A stretch of DNA of 64,000 nt from Candidatus Hadarchaeota archaeon. Lineage in GTDB: Archaea > CAYQAE01 > CAYVLA01. The notes under the pieces are model-generated. The model searched no databases, was not told the DNA's origin, and saw nothing but the letters and a program-made list of their open reading frames with translations. Positions within the stretch are counted from its first letter, which is position 1, and every line of letters begins with the position of its first letter. The stretch lies in the NCBI GenBank assembly GCA_964452145.1, contig CAYVLA010000001.1, positions 32,001-96,000 on the forward strand, given 5' to 3'. Shown here piece after piece: positions 28,295 through 38,378 of the stretch. The position numbers and the translations under genes were made by a program.

Positions 28295-28987
28295 ATGACA
28301 TGTCGTCTCGATGGCGTTGCAGGCCTAGTCTTCGATCTGGATGGAACGTTGGTGGAGTCGTACTCTGCCCATATCAAGTCGTGGAGCCGCGCCGTGGCGT
28401 TCTTCGGGGTCGAAGCAGACGAGCAGATGATCAGGCCCCACCTGGGCAGATCCAGCGGGGATATAGCTCGGGCCCTGCTCGGTAACAGGCCACGCTCCGA
28501 GATCGAGGATGCCTACCGTCTGAAGGACCAAATCTACTACGAGATAATCCCCCAAGAGTTGAGGCCTGTGGACGGAGCTGTCGTGACGTTGATGGATCTG
28601 AGGAGGAGGGGCTATCGCATTTCCATCGCGTCCTCGAACCCCGCCACTGTAATCACCAGAAGCCTGAGGACAGTGGGGCTGGATGTGGCAACCGATCACA
28701 TAGCGAGTCAGGACGAGGTGAACAGGGGCAAACCCGAGCCCGACCTCTTCCTTCTGGCCGCGAAGAAGATGGGGCTTTCGCCAAGCATGTGCGTCGCGAT
28801 AGGCGACACGACCTATGATGTCTTGGCAGGAAGGGCGGCCGGCATGCCGACCATAGCGTACTGTGGCCGGGTCCAACCCCGATCAGATCTCGTTGAGGCA
28901 CGACCCGGTCATCTCATCTCGGATCTGCGTGAGTTGCTCGATTTGCTTCCGGGTCCTGGTCCCGCGAATCCCGACGGACCCGGTTGA
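28295..28987 (+). CDS. HAD-superfamily hydrolase (subfamily IA)
   Basis: FDLDGTL, ASS, GKPEPD, IGDTTYDV. Confidence 0.9.
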   Translation: MTCRLDGVAGLVFDLDGTLVESYSAHIKSWSRAVAFFGVEADEQMIRPHLGRSSGDIARALLGNRPRSEIEDAYRLKDQIYYEIIPQELRPVDGAVVTLMDLRRRGYRISIASSNPATVITRSLRTVGLDVATDHIASQDEVNRGKPEPDLFLLAAKKMGLSPSMCVAIGDTTYDVLAGRAAGMPTIAYCGRVQPRSDLVEARPGHLISDLRELLDLLPGPGPANPDGPG

Positions 28988-29033
28988 CACGGCGGTTCTA
29001 CACGGCCCGGTGATGGGCGAACTCCGAGCGGAC

Positions 29034-29603
29034 TCAGAAGAGGGCAGCCATGGCATCTCGTCTGCCCAAGTGATCCAGCAGGACACGCCAGATCATCCGC
29101 GCCTCCGGCACAAACCGATTCTGCCGAAGCATCCGCCGCAGCGTCCGGCGCGCCACGAAGCGGGTCCTCCCGGGATCCACCTCATCGCCGGGCCTCAGAT
29201 CTCTTTCTACCGCTGCGACGAAGCAGTGCGAGGTTTCGAAGGCTTCCTCGGAGTAATACGGCTCGCCGAAAGCCTTCATGAGAGGCGAATCCCTCATCAG
29301 GACCGACACCCCAACCTCTTCTCTGAGTTCACGCAAGGCCTCGCTGAGGAGAGCCTTCTCTCGATCGAAGAGGAGCCCGAAACTGAAGGGGACATGCCCG
29401 GAGGCGGAGTCCGTGTAACAACCTGGATAGGTCCCTCGATCCGCAGCCCGGTTCTGAACGAGAAACTCGCCTTCCCGGGTGAAGGCAAACACCCTCACCA
29501 CTAGGTGGTGTATCCCCTTCTCATGAGCCTTCTTCCGCTCAAGGGGATAGAGGGCCCCGTTGGGGCCCACGCAGGCGAGGAGTTCTCCGAAGTCGCGACC
29601 CAC
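29034..29603 (-). CDS. Nudix-fold protein resembling type-1 isopentenyl-diphosphate isomerase
   Basis: AHEKGIHH, LVQNRA...YPG, SGHV, ALRELREEVGV. Confidence 0.75.
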   Translation of the reverse strand: MGRDFGELLACVGPNGALYPLERKKAHEKGIHHLVVRVFAFTREGEFLVQNRAADRGTYPGCYTDSASGHVPFSFGLLFDREKALLSEALRELREEVGVSVLMRDSPLMKAFGEPYYSEEAFETSHCFVAAVERDLRPGDEVDPGRTRFVARRTLRRMLRQNRFVPEARMIWRVLLDHLGRRDAMAALF

Positions 29604-29621
29604 CTTGCTCCGCCCGCGCGC

Positions 29622-30437
29622 CTATAAGGTCATGATCTTGGCCAGGCTGGACGCTGTGTCGTAGATCATCTTCGTGGGGAAGAGCTTGAAGGCCCCAAGT
29701 TCGGCCACCAAGTAGCCATCGTAGTTCACACTCCTCAGAGCCTTCATGACCGCTGCCCAGTTCACATCTCCCTGTAACAGATACGTGAAACCGGTTATGT
29801 TCCCTATCTTGGTCGAGAAATCCTTCACATGGACGCAGGACAGGTAGTCGCCCAAGATCTGAATCCAATCCTGAGGATAGCCCGAGATGAGTACATTGCC
29901 GGCATCGAAGTATGCCTTGACATAGTCGCTGCCAATCTCCTCCAGGTAACGTCTGAACTCCAGCGGACTTAGAAGGAACTTGTTCCAAACGTTCTCGACG
30001 CCGATGCTCACCCCCAAGTCCTCCGCCTTGGCCGCCAGACGCCTGATGGACTCCTGGGATCGGTCGTAGGCTTGTCGATAGCCGACCTCTTCGGTTACGA
30101 CGCCTGGGACGACGAGGATCGTCTTGGCCCCTAGGATTGCAGCAACCTCCAAGCTCCTCTCAACGCAGGCCACGCCCTTCTCGTGGACGACCCTATCGGG
30201 GGACGAAAGCGGGTACCTCCACCCAAGGCCACTGGCCAGACTGGGCGCATCAAGCCCGTGACTCTCGATGCTGTTCCTGTAGCCCTTTATCGTCTTCTCA
30301 GGGGTGTCGAGCGACAGCATGCCGTCCTCTGATATGGCCAATTCGATGCCGTCGAAACCCGCATCCTTGGTCACCCTGAGCACTTCATCCAGCTTCAGGT
30401 CCGCCGGGAATCCCCAGATATTCATGGCCTTCCTCAT
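29622..30437 (-). CDS. Sugar-phosphate isomerase/epimerase (xylose-isomerase-like TIM barrel)
   Basis: GFDGIEL, GVENVWNKFLLSPLE, YFDAGN, VHVKDF, YDGYLVAE. Confidence 0.9.
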   Translation of the reverse strand: MRKAMNIWGFPADLKLDEVLRVTKDAGFDGIELAISEDGMLSLDTPEKTIKGYRNSIESHGLDAPSLASGLGWRYPLSSPDRVVHEKGVACVERSLEVAAILGAKTILVVPGVVTEEVGYRQAYDRSQESIRRLAAKAEDLGVSIGVENVWNKFLLSPLEFRRYLEEIGSDYVKAYFDAGNVLISGYPQDWIQILGDYLSCVHVKDFSTKIGNITGFTYLLQGDVNWAAVMKALRSVNYDGYLVAELGAFKLFPTKMIYDTASSLAKIMTL

Positions 30438-30553
30438 GCTTGGAGCCTCCGACGCCCAGACGCGTGGCCCTTTGAAATGTTTATTGCAGCATCCAGCCAG
30501 CCTGCCTCCTGACTGCGGGGAGTCCCTGCAGCCCAGAAGAAGCAATCCCGGGG

Positions 30554-32026
30554 CTAGGTCAAACCCTTCGCCGCGGCGAGCCTCCGACTGATCAGCTGGT
30601 TAGTGGTGGCTGGGTCGGCCCTTCCCCCAGTCCTCTTCATAACTTGTCCGACAAGATGGTTTCTAGCCTTCTCCTGAACCAGAGCATCCCTTACTGCTTC
30701 CGGGGATTCGCGGAAGACCTCGTCCACCACCTCCTCAAGGGCACAGGGGTCGCTTATCCGAGTCAGCCTGCTGGCAGCGACAATATCCCTTGGGTCATTG
30801 CCCGTTCTAAGCATCTCTTTCATCACCGTCTTGGCGATCTTGACGCTGATGGTCTTGTCGTCGATCAACCTAATCATATCAACGATGTGGGTCGGCTGGA
30901 TCTTCAGATCGTCGACATCCAGGCCTGCCTCGTTGAGGAAGCCCAACAGATCGGTCATCAACCAGTTGGATATCTTCTTGGGCTGATCGTAGAGGGCAAG
31001 GCAGCACTCATAGAAGTCGGCGAGCTTCTTGCTGGCCGTGAGGACCCCCGCATCGTACCCCGGTAGGCCATATTCCGAGATGAACCGATCGGCTCTGGAA
31101 TCCGGAAGCTCGGGCATCCTTTGCCTCACGCCGTCAACAAGCTTCGCATCGATACGTATGGGCATAAGGTCGGGGTCCCTGAAGTATCGATAGTCCTCCA
31201 CCGTTTCCTTTGATCGCAGTGAGACGGTGATCTTCCTGATCTCGTCGAAATGTCGCGTCTCCCGCCCGACCGTGATCCCCCGCCTGACAAGGCTTCTCTG
31301 TCTGCTGACTTCGAAGCTCAGCGCCTTCTGCACCGCCTTGAAGCTGGTGATATTCTTGATTTCTACGCTCTTTCCTCCGGCAATCGATATGTTGGCGTCG
31401 AACCTCATGGACCCCTCCAAACTGCCGTCGGTGACACCGAGGTGCTCGACGATGCTGCGAAGCTTTTGGGCAAAGAGCCTAGCTTCCTTCGGCGAGGAAA
31501 TGTCGGGGGCGGTGACGATCTCACACAGGGCTATCCCGCTCCGGTTATAGTCTACACAGGTCTCTGTGGAGGTTGTTATCGACCCTTTGAACACGTTTCT
31601 CCCCGGGTCTTCCTCCAGCTGTATCCTCCATATGCCGACACGCTTTCTCGCTCCGTCTATCTTCAGGGTGAGATATCCGTCACGGGCCAGGGTCTTGGAT
31701 CCATCGGGGGCCTCGTACATGGAGATCTGGTAGTTCTTGGGGAGGTCAACGTATGTGTAGTTCTTTCGATAGAACGAGCAGTTATCCGCAATGTGGCAGT
31801 TCAGAGCATTGGCTATCATCAGGGCCAGTTCGAAAGCTTTCTCGTTCGGGACCGGCAGGGACCCGGGCAGGCCAAGGCAGACCGGACACACGCTGGTGTT
31901 GGGTTCCAAGTTCCTGTAGTCAGACGAACAGGCACAGAACAACTTGGTCTTCAGCTTCGTGAGTTGTACGTGGCATTCGAGACCTATCTTGGCGCCATTG
32001 ACCCCAGGGTCCGAGGGCGAACCCAC
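30554..32026 (-). CDS. gatB: Asp-tRNA(Asn)/Glu-tRNA(Gln) amidotransferase subunit B
   Basis: IGLECHVQL, CPVCLGLPGSLP, RKNY..DLPKNYQIS, LEEDPG, DYNRSG, VEIKN, DYRYFRDPDL. Confidence 0.96.
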   Translation of the reverse strand: MGSPSDPGVNGAKIGLECHVQLTKLKTKLFCACSSDYRNLEPNTSVCPVCLGLPGSLPVPNEKAFELALMIANALNCHIADNCSFYRKNYTYVDLPKNYQISMYEAPDGSKTLARDGYLTLKIDGARKRVGIWRIQLEEDPGRNVFKGSITTSTETCVDYNRSGIALCEIVTAPDISSPKEARLFAQKLRSIVEHLGVTDGSLEGSMRFDANISIAGGKSVEIKNITSFKAVQKALSFEVSRQRSLVRRGITVGRETRHFDEIRKITVSLRSKETVEDYRYFRDPDLMPIRIDAKLVDGVRQRMPELPDSRADRFISEYGLPGYDAGVLTASKKLADFYECCLALYDQPKKISNWLMTDLLGFLNEAGLDVDDLKIQPTHIVDMIRLIDDKTISVKIAKTVMKEMLRTGNDPRDIVAASRLTRISDPCALEEVVDEVFRESPEAVRDALVQEKARNHLVGQVMKRTGGRADPATTNQLISRRLAAAKGLT

Positions 32027-32100
32027 CGAGACACACTCCTCCCAAACGGTCCGAAATAACCTTTATATGTCTCTTCCCGGAGATAAGGAACGAGAAAGCA

Positions 32101-32868
32101 ATGGCGGGTTTCCTCTTATCAGGGGGTACATTAGGGTCCATAGCCCTGAGGATCGTCCTAGGCTGTATCCTTTGCACGGCGGTGGCGCTGGCCGGCCATC
32201 GGAAGAAGGCTCTGAGCCCAAGCGGAGCGCTGATGTCATGGGTATTTGGCATAATCGTCATGGTGCTGTGCGGTCTATCTTGGTTCTTGCTCCTTCTGGT
32301 CTTCTTCGCTTTCGCGGCTGCGGCAACGAAGTACAAGTATAAGACGAAGGAAAGGATCGGGGCTGCGCAGGAGAGGTTGGGAGCACGATCGTGGACGAAC
32401 GTGGTTGCCAACGGTATGTCGGCTCTCCTCTTCGTCGTGTCCGAGTTCCTCCACCCAGGTGCGATCTTCGTGGCGGGGTATCTCGGAGCCGTCTCCACCG
32501 CCATGGCGGATACCTTATCAAGCGAGATCGGAATGACGAGCAGACGAGATCCCTGGCTTGTGACGAGTTTCAAGAGGGTCAAACCCGGAACGCACGGGGG
32601 AGTCTCACTCCTAGGGACGGCGGCGGCCCTGGCTGGCTGCGCCGTTCTGGCCTTGTTTGCATGGGGCCTGAGGTTGGAGACAAGGAGCCACTGGACGCTT
32701 GTGATGGTGGCGGTGATCTGTCTGGTTGGGGGTATGGTGGGCACGATGGTTGACAGCGTGATGGGAGCGCTCTTCGAGCGTAAGGGCAAGATGTCGAATG
32801 GTCAGGTGAATCTGTTCTCAACGATTGCGGGCGGGCTTGCCGCGATGGCCGTTCTGCTCCTCCTCTAA
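32101..32868 (+). CDS. DUF92/TMEM19 family integral membrane protein
   Basis: RSWTNVVANG, ADTLSSEIG, PGTHGGVSLLG, DSVMGA, NGQVN. Confidence 0.9.
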   Translation: MAGFLLSGGTLGSIALRIVLGCILCTAVALAGHRKKALSPSGALMSWVFGIIVMVLCGLSWFLLLLVFFAFAAAATKYKYKTKERIGAAQERLGARSWTNVVANGMSALLFVVSEFLHPGAIFVAGYLGAVSTAMADTLSSEIGMTSRRDPWLVTSFKRVKPGTHGGVSLLGTAAALAGCAVLALFAWGLRLETRSHWTLVMVAVICLVGGMVGTMVDSVMGALFERKGKMSNGQVNLFSTIAGGLAAMAVLLLL

Positions 32869-33972
32869 ACGCCCTTCCATGATTGCGTCTACCACGTAAA
32901 CCGATCTCGAGGGAGAGTACTCCTCCACCTCACGGAACCCATCCGTGCCGAATTGTGCGTGCTGTGCAAGCTCTTCTTCCATCCGAGCTCTCGCAGAATC
33001 CTTGGGCATGAGTCGGTAGTAGTGGAGACACCCGCCCGTTCTGAGTGAGGAAACGGCCGCCGCGAGGAACGCGTCTGCAGAGGCGGGGAGGTTCATGATG
33101 ACGCGATCTGCTTTGCCCACTGTGCGGGCAATCCTCGGGGTTTCCTTGCCGGAATCGCCGCAGACCGCGGTCAGATTCCAGGCCCGGTTTCTCCTTGCGT
33201 TCCTTATCAGGTAGTCAACCGCGCGCTGGTTCTTGTCGATGGCGAATACCTTGGCATCCGCGCGTCTTGACATCCTCGCCACCAAGATCGAAAAAGGGCC
33301 GACACCTGAGAACATGTCGATCACGAGAGAGTCCTCTGTGGAAAGCTCGGCCACCCGCTTCCGTTCCGATCCCAACCGCGGGTTGAAGAAGACCCGGCCA
33401 AGATCGAGGCTCAGCTCCAGCCCGTTCTCCCTGTGTGTGGTCTCAAGGGACGAACTACCCGCGATGACCTCGATCTCCCTAAGCCTTCGATCTCCTGAGG
33501 TCGGCCCGGTCTTGACGGCTACCGTCTTCACGGGAAGCCATCGAAGCAGAGCCTCGCCTATCTCCTTTCTGCGATCCTGGAGCAAATCGGACAGCTCGAT
33601 GAGCAGGATGCCCCCTATGACGTCGTAGGATCGCCCGATGAGGTTGATGTCGTCTCGCGAGAGGACTCCTTCAAGTGCCGTCCTTAGACTCACAGCCCGG
33701 GCCGTTCGTGGTTGGAAGCGGTGGTAGATCGTCTCCGCCCCGAAGATCCCAAGGTCCCCGGCATTCCCCACGGCCTCCGGCAGAAGGGGGAACAACACCT
33801 CTCCCCCCGATCTGACGACCCTCATGCCGCGATCAAGCCACCCGCGAGCGATCAGTATCCTCTTCACTGTCTCGGCCTGGTTTGCGCTGACGCTGAGGCC
33901 GTTCGGCCTGCGGCCATGCACCACACCATTTGGAGATCCGTTCCGATTAATACGTATTGTTTGTGAATCCAT
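32818..33972 (-). CDS. trm5: tRNA (guanine37-N1)-methyltransferase Trm5b/c-like (start uncertain)
   Basis: N-terminal D1 domain, SYDVIGGI, VFFNPRLGSER, DMFSGVGPFSI, MNLP. Confidence 0.85.
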   Translation of the reverse strand: MDSQTIRINRNGSPNGVVHGRRPNGLSVSANQAETVKRILIARGWLDRGMRVVRSGGEVLFPLLPEAVGNAGDLGIFGAETIYHRFQPRTARAVSLRTALEGVLSRDDINLIGRSYDVIGGILLIELSDLLQDRRKEIGEALLRWLPVKTVAVKTGPTSGDRRLREIEVIAGSSSLETTHRENGLELSLDLGRVFFNPRLGSERKRVAELSTEDSLVIDMFSGVGPFSILVARMSRRADAKVFAIDKNQRAVDYLIRNARRNRAWNLTAVCGDSGKETPRIARTVGKADRVIMNLPASADAFLAAAVSSLRTGGCLHYYRLMPKDSARARMEEELAQHAQFGTDGFREVEEYSPSRSVYVVDAIMEGRLEEEQNGHRGKPARNR

Positions 33973-34114
33973 GCCATATGTGCACGGGCTTACAGCCCTT
34001 GGACCCGCCCCTCCGCCCTGATCAGTGCAAACTGATCTCCTCTCGGTTCCATGTCGCCCTCGGGCTTGTTGACCGAGATCGGGCCAAGAGCCAAGGCCAG
34101 AAAAGAGATAATAG

Positions 34115-34166
34115 CCATCCCGATGCTCGGTTCAATGTATTAAGGAGCTGCGAGCCGAGGGGATGG
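34115..34166. promoter_or_regulatory. thiC promoter: TATA-like TATTAAG (34138-34144) enclosed by an inverted repeat
   Basis: CCATCCC..CTCGGTTC (34115-34133) / GAGCCGAGGGGATGG (34152-34166). Confidence 0.55.
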
Positions 34167-34169
34167 TCC

Positions 34170-35453
34170 TTGTCCACTCTGATGCTCAGATTGAAGAATG
34201 AGGCTTCTGGAGCCGAGCTTGAGTCGCTAGCCAGAACGGAGGGTATAGCCCCAGGGAAACTAGCCCGGCTCATAGCATCTGGCCGAGTCGTGGTGCCTCG
34301 CAGCGCGGTGCGACCGGATGTGGATGCCGTCGCCGTGGGCGAAGGCATGGCGGTCAAGATCAACGCCAACATAGGTAGCTCGCGGGACATAAGCGACCTT
34401 GAGGAGGAGATGGAGAAAGCCAGGACCGCCCTCGCGGCCGGAGCGCACACGCTGATGGATCTGAGCACTGGAAAGGACTCGGATTCCCTTAGGCGAAGAC
34501 TGCTCTCAGATCTCAGTTGCCCCGTTGGCACGGTGCCCGTCTACGATGCAGTGCTGGAGGCCCAGCGAAGGAGCGGAGCCTTCGTGGACCTTGATGAGGA
34601 TCTGGTTTTCTCGGCCGTGGAGAAGCATGCCTCAGACGGTGTGGATTTCCTCACGCTCCATGCGGGGGTGACGAAGGAGACGGTTGAGGCCCTGAGGAGG
34701 TCTGAGAGGATACTCGGAGCCGTAAGCAGAGGAGGAGCCTTTCTCGCGGCCTACATAATACGTACCGGACGGGAAAACCCTCTCTACAGCAATTTTGACT
34801 ACCTGCTTGAGCTGGCAGCGAAATACGACTTCACCATAAGCCTTGGGGACGGCCTTCGACCCGGATGCCTTCACGATGCGTCGGACAGGGCCCAGATCGA
34901 GGAGCTCATGGTCTCGTCTGAGCTTGTCAAGAGAGCACGGAGGAAGGGCGTCCAGGTCATGGTGGAGGGCCCTGGACACGTTCCTCTGGACCAGATCGAG
35001 GCAAACGTCAAACTCGAGAAGATCGCCTGCGATGGTGCACCCTTCTACGTGCTTGGCCCACTGGTCACGGATGTTGCCCCCGGGTATGACCACATCACGG
35101 CCTCGATCGGCGGAGCTCTGGCTGCCTGGGCGGGAGCCGACTTCCTGTGCGTCGTTACGCCGGCTGAACACCTGTGTCTGCCCACCGTGGGGGATGTGCG
35201 CCAGGGAGTGATTGCCGCGAGGATAGCCGCCCATGCCGGTGAGGTTGCCAGGGGAAGAGGAAGGCACTGGGACGATGCGATATCCAAGGCTAGGAAGGAG
35301 TTGGACTGGGAATCCCACATGAGCCTAGCCATTGATAAGGAGCAGTTCGCCAGCCGCAGGTCGAACCGCCCCTCCCATGATCCAAGGGTCTGCAGCATGT
35401 GCTCCGATCTGTGTGCGATAAAGATTCTGGAGGAGTTCCTGGGACGAGGATAG
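34170..35453 (+). CDS. thiC: Phosphomethylpyrimidine synthase
   Basis: KINANIGSS, MDLSTG, GTVPVY, LHAG, SRGG, GDGLRPG, EGPGH, YDH, TPAEH, CSMCSDLC; start set to TTG 34170. Confidence 0.95.
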   Translation: MSTLMLRLKNEASGAELESLARTEGIAPGKLARLIASGRVVVPRSAVRPDVDAVAVGEGMAVKINANIGSSRDISDLEEEMEKARTALAAGAHTLMDLSTGKDSDSLRRRLLSDLSCPVGTVPVYDAVLEAQRRSGAFVDLDEDLVFSAVEKHASDGVDFLTLHAGVTKETVEALRRSERILGAVSRGGAFLAAYIIRTGRENPLYSNFDYLLELAAKYDFTISLGDGLRPGCLHDASDRAQIEELMVSSELVKRARRKGVQVMVEGPGHVPLDQIEANVKLEKIACDGAPFYVLGPLVTDVAPGYDHITASIGGALAAWAGADFLCVVTPAEHLCLPTVGDVRQGVIAARIAAHAGEVARGRGRHWDDAISKARKELDWESHMSLAIDKEQFASRRSNRPSHDPRVCSMCSDLCAIKILEEFLGRG

Positions 35454-35465
35454 GAGAGGCTTGGA

Positions 35466-36491
35466 TTGGCGGAGTTCGGCGTGTCAATTATCGGCGGCAG
35501 CGGATATACCGGTGCCGAAATCCTGAGGATACTGACTAGGCACCAGGGCGTTGAGATACGCCATGTAACCTCGAGGGAGCTGGCCGGGACACCCGTGTCC
35601 AGAAGGCTACCGAACATCCCGGACAATGATCTGGTGTACGAGATGCCGGATCCGGAGAATCTGTCCGATTCTGATCTCGTCTTCGTATGCGTTCATCATC
35701 CCGCATCCATGGAGATCGTGCCCAGGATTCTGAAGCACTCCAGGGTGGTGGACTTCTCTGCCGACTATCGCCTGGCGGATCGCGGCGCTTATGAAGCCAT
35801 CTACGGGGTAAAACACACCAGCCCGGAGCTAAGATCGGTCTACGGCCTTCCCGAGCTCCACAGAACCGAGATAGCGGGGGCCGACCTGGTTGCGAATCCG
35901 GGCTGCTACCCCACCGGTGCAATTCTCGCCCTTGCTCCCCTGCTGCGGAATGATCTGGTCGAGGTGGACCGGATCGTCATAGATGCGAAGTCAGGCACCT
36001 CGGGAGCTGGGGTGAAGCCAACGATGTTCACCAACCATGCGGAGGTCGCCAATGCAGTGAAGCCCTACAGCGTTACAAACCACAGACACATAGCCGAGAT
36101 GGATCAGGAACTCTCCTTGGTGGCTGGCAGAAAAGTGGAGGTTAATTTCACCCCTCACCTCGTTCCGATATCGCGGGGCATCCTCACTACGTCTCACACC
36201 TTCCTGACCTCGAGGCTGGGAGAGGAGGATGCCAGATCCTTGTACGCGGATTTCTACAGGGATTCGCCATTCATTCGGGTGAGACAGGAGACGCCCGACC
36301 TGAGGGGCGTCCTGGGCTCCAATTTCTGCGATATCGGTTTCTGTGCGGATGTGAGGAATGAGAGGCTTGTGGTCGTGTCTGCTATAGATAACCTCACAAA
36401 GGGAGCCTCCGGAGAGGCGGTTCAGAACATGAACATAATGCTGGGCCTGCCTGAGACTCAGGGCCTTGACCTCCCCGGTCTATACCCCTAG
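35466..36491 (+). CDS. argC: N-acetyl-gamma-glutamyl-phosphate reductase
   Basis: GGSGYTG, DFSADYRL, ANPGCYPT, SGTSGAG, HRH, IDNLTKGASG. Confidence 0.95.
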   Translation: MAEFGVSIIGGSGYTGAEILRILTRHQGVEIRHVTSRELAGTPVSRRLPNIPDNDLVYEMPDPENLSDSDLVFVCVHHPASMEIVPRILKHSRVVDFSADYRLADRGAYEAIYGVKHTSPELRSVYGLPELHRTEIAGADLVANPGCYPTGAILALAPLLRNDLVEVDRIVIDAKSGTSGAGVKPTMFTNHAEVANAVKPYSVTNHRHIAEMDQELSLVAGRKVEVNFTPHLVPISRGILTTSHTFLTSRLGEEDARSLYADFYRDSPFIRVRQETPDLRGVLGSNFCDIGFCADVRNERLVVVSAIDNLTKGASGEAVQNMNIMLGLPETQGLDLPGLYP

Positions 36492-36502
36492 GTGATTGAT
36501 CG

Positions 36503-37729
36503 GTGGAGTCGGTCGACGGCGGCATCACAACTCCCAGAGGCTTCAGGGCCTCGGCCGTAGCGGCCGGGATCAAGAGGAGCGGTCTGGACTTGATGGTCGC
36601 GGAGTGTCCAACAGAGGCCATCTGTGTCGGGCTCTTCACCTCTAACGCCGTCAAGGCAGCCCCCGTGCTGGTCTCGATGGACAACCTTCGCCGATCGGGA
36701 GGGGTGGTGAGGGCGGTAGTCGTAAACTCGGGAAACGCCAATGCGTGTAACGGTAGATCGGGCCTCGACGGTGCTCGTATGACGACCAGGAAGGCAGCCG
36801 AGCTGCTCGGCAGCAGCCCCGAGAAGATCCTGCTTGCGTCAACAGGCGTGATCGGGAGGCCCCTGCCGCTCGACAGGATCATCGCTGGACTGGAGAAGGC
36901 GATCCCGAGACTATCAACCGAGAGAGTGGCGTCCAAGGAGGCGTCCATGGCAATCATGACGACGGACAGGGTGCCAAAGGAGACGGCGATGAGGGTGAGC
37001 TTCGGTCAGAGGACAGTTACGATAGGGGGTGTTGCGAAGGGCGTTGGCATGATCCATCCGCAACTGGCCACCATGCTGTGTCTGCTCACAACCGATGTCG
37101 CTGCGGACCGCCCGACTTTGTTTGCGGCCCTCAAGGAGGCAGCCGACCAGAGCTTCAACATGGTTTCGGTTGACCGGGACACGAGCACCAACGACACTCT
37201 GATTCTCATGGCAAGTGGCCTTTCGAATCATTCCATATCCTTGGACGACCGGGACTTCCAACGCTTCCAGGAGGCCTTGACCGAGGTGTGCGTCGACCTC
37301 GCCAAGAGGATGGTGAGGGATGGGGAGGGCGCGACAAAGACCTTCGAGGTGGTTGTGGTCGGAGCATCATCTCGGGGAGACGCCAGGCTTTGTGCCAGGA
37401 GCATCGCCAGCTCCAATCTAGTCAAGACCGCCGTATTTGGGTGTGATCCGAACTGGGGCAGGATGGTGGCCGCAGCCGGGTACTCGGGAGCCAGGGTGGA
37501 TCAGGATCGTGTCAAGATTCGTTTGGAGGATGACGAGGGATCCTCCCTTGATTGGGTCGAGAACGGCTGTCAGATCTCCGAAAGGGCCAACGAGCAGGCA
37601 AAGCGGTTCCTGTGCAGGGATAGTTTCAGGCTTGTCTTCGACCTGGGTCTTGGATCCTTCTCCGCGAGGGCTTGGGGCTGTGATCTTACATACGACTATG
37701 TGAAGGTGAACTCGCAGTACACGACCTGA
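36503..37729 (+). CDS. argJ: Ornithine acetyltransferase / N-acetylglutamate synthase
   Basis: NSGNANA, STGVIG, IMTTD, KGVGMIHPQLATML, STND, DGEGATK, DPNWGR, YVKVNSQYTT. Confidence 0.96.
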   Translation: MESVDGGITTPRGFRASAVAAGIKRSGLDLMVAECPTEAICVGLFTSNAVKAAPVLVSMDNLRRSGGVVRAVVVNSGNANACNGRSGLDGARMTTRKAAELLGSSPEKILLASTGVIGRPLPLDRIIAGLEKAIPRLSTERVASKEASMAIMTTDRVPKETAMRVSFGQRTVTIGGVAKGVGMIHPQLATMLCLLTTDVAADRPTLFAALKEAADQSFNMVSVDRDTSTNDTLILMASGLSNHSISLDDRDFQRFQEALTEVCVDLAKRMVRDGEGATKTFEVVVVGASSRGDARLCARSIASSNLVKTAVFGCDPNWGRMVAAAGYSGARVDQDRVKIRLEDDEGSSLDWVENGCQISERANEQAKRFLCRDSFRLVFDLGLGSFSARAWGCDLTYDYVKVNSQYTT

Positions 37730-38378
37730 GATGTGCGAAATGATCCCTCAGAATCGATCGAACGTCCTCAAGATCACGACCCCGAACAACAACGCTCGCA
37801 TGGGAAGCGACTTCCTCGGTAGTCGGGTTGTAGGCGATTGAGAAGCCGGCAGTCTGGAACATGGGGATGTCATTTTCGTCATTCCCCACACACGCGCAGC
37901 GATCAAGGGGAATCCCGGCATGCCCCGCGATTCTCCTCAGCACAAGACCCTTTTCGCGGAACCCACACTTGACCTTAACCCTGCCGCTGATTCTTGATCC
38001 GAGGATCTCCACGTCGTTTGCCTCGACCAAGTCGATATGCAGGATCTCAGCGGCCCTTCGGGCTACGGCTCCGATCCCGGTGCTGATGATGGCTGTCACG
38101 ACGTCCAGGGAACGCATGTCGGAGACCATCTCCGCAGATCCTGTTCTCGTCTTCAACGACTCCAGGTACCTGCAGACGGGTGATGGGTTCATGCCCTTCC
38201 AGAGTCCCGCGTCCCTCGTGGCCCATGTCCGGTAGTCGATCTCGCCGGACATGAAGGATCTCATGTTCCTTTCCCTTCCGTCCTGTGTGCCAAGTAGATC
38301 ATGGTACCTGGCCCAGCTGCTTTCCTCCTCCAGAAGCACACCGTCCAGGTCCAGGGCCAAGACACCGATGCCTCTCAA
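37686..38378 (-). CDS. HAD-IB phosphatase (phosphoserine-phosphatase-like)
   Basis: LDLDGVL, SSW, ISTG, VGNDENDIPMF. Confidence 0.85.
   Translation of the reverse strand: MRGIGVLALDLDGVLLEEESSWARYHDLLGTQDGRERNMRSFMSGEIDYRTWATRDAGLWKGMNPSPVCRYLESLKTRTGSAEMVSDMRSLDVVTAIISTGIGAVARRAAEILHIDLVEANDVEILGSRISGRVKVKCGFREKGLVLRRIAGHAGIPLDRCACVGNDENDIPMFQTAGFSIAYNPTTEEVASHASVVVRGRDLEDVRSILRDHFAHLRSCTASSPSHSRM

Noticed and set aside
33975..34169. TPP riboswitch upstream of thiC
   Set aside because: No CTGAGA / ACCTGA core motifs; the TATA box lies only about 26 nt before the start
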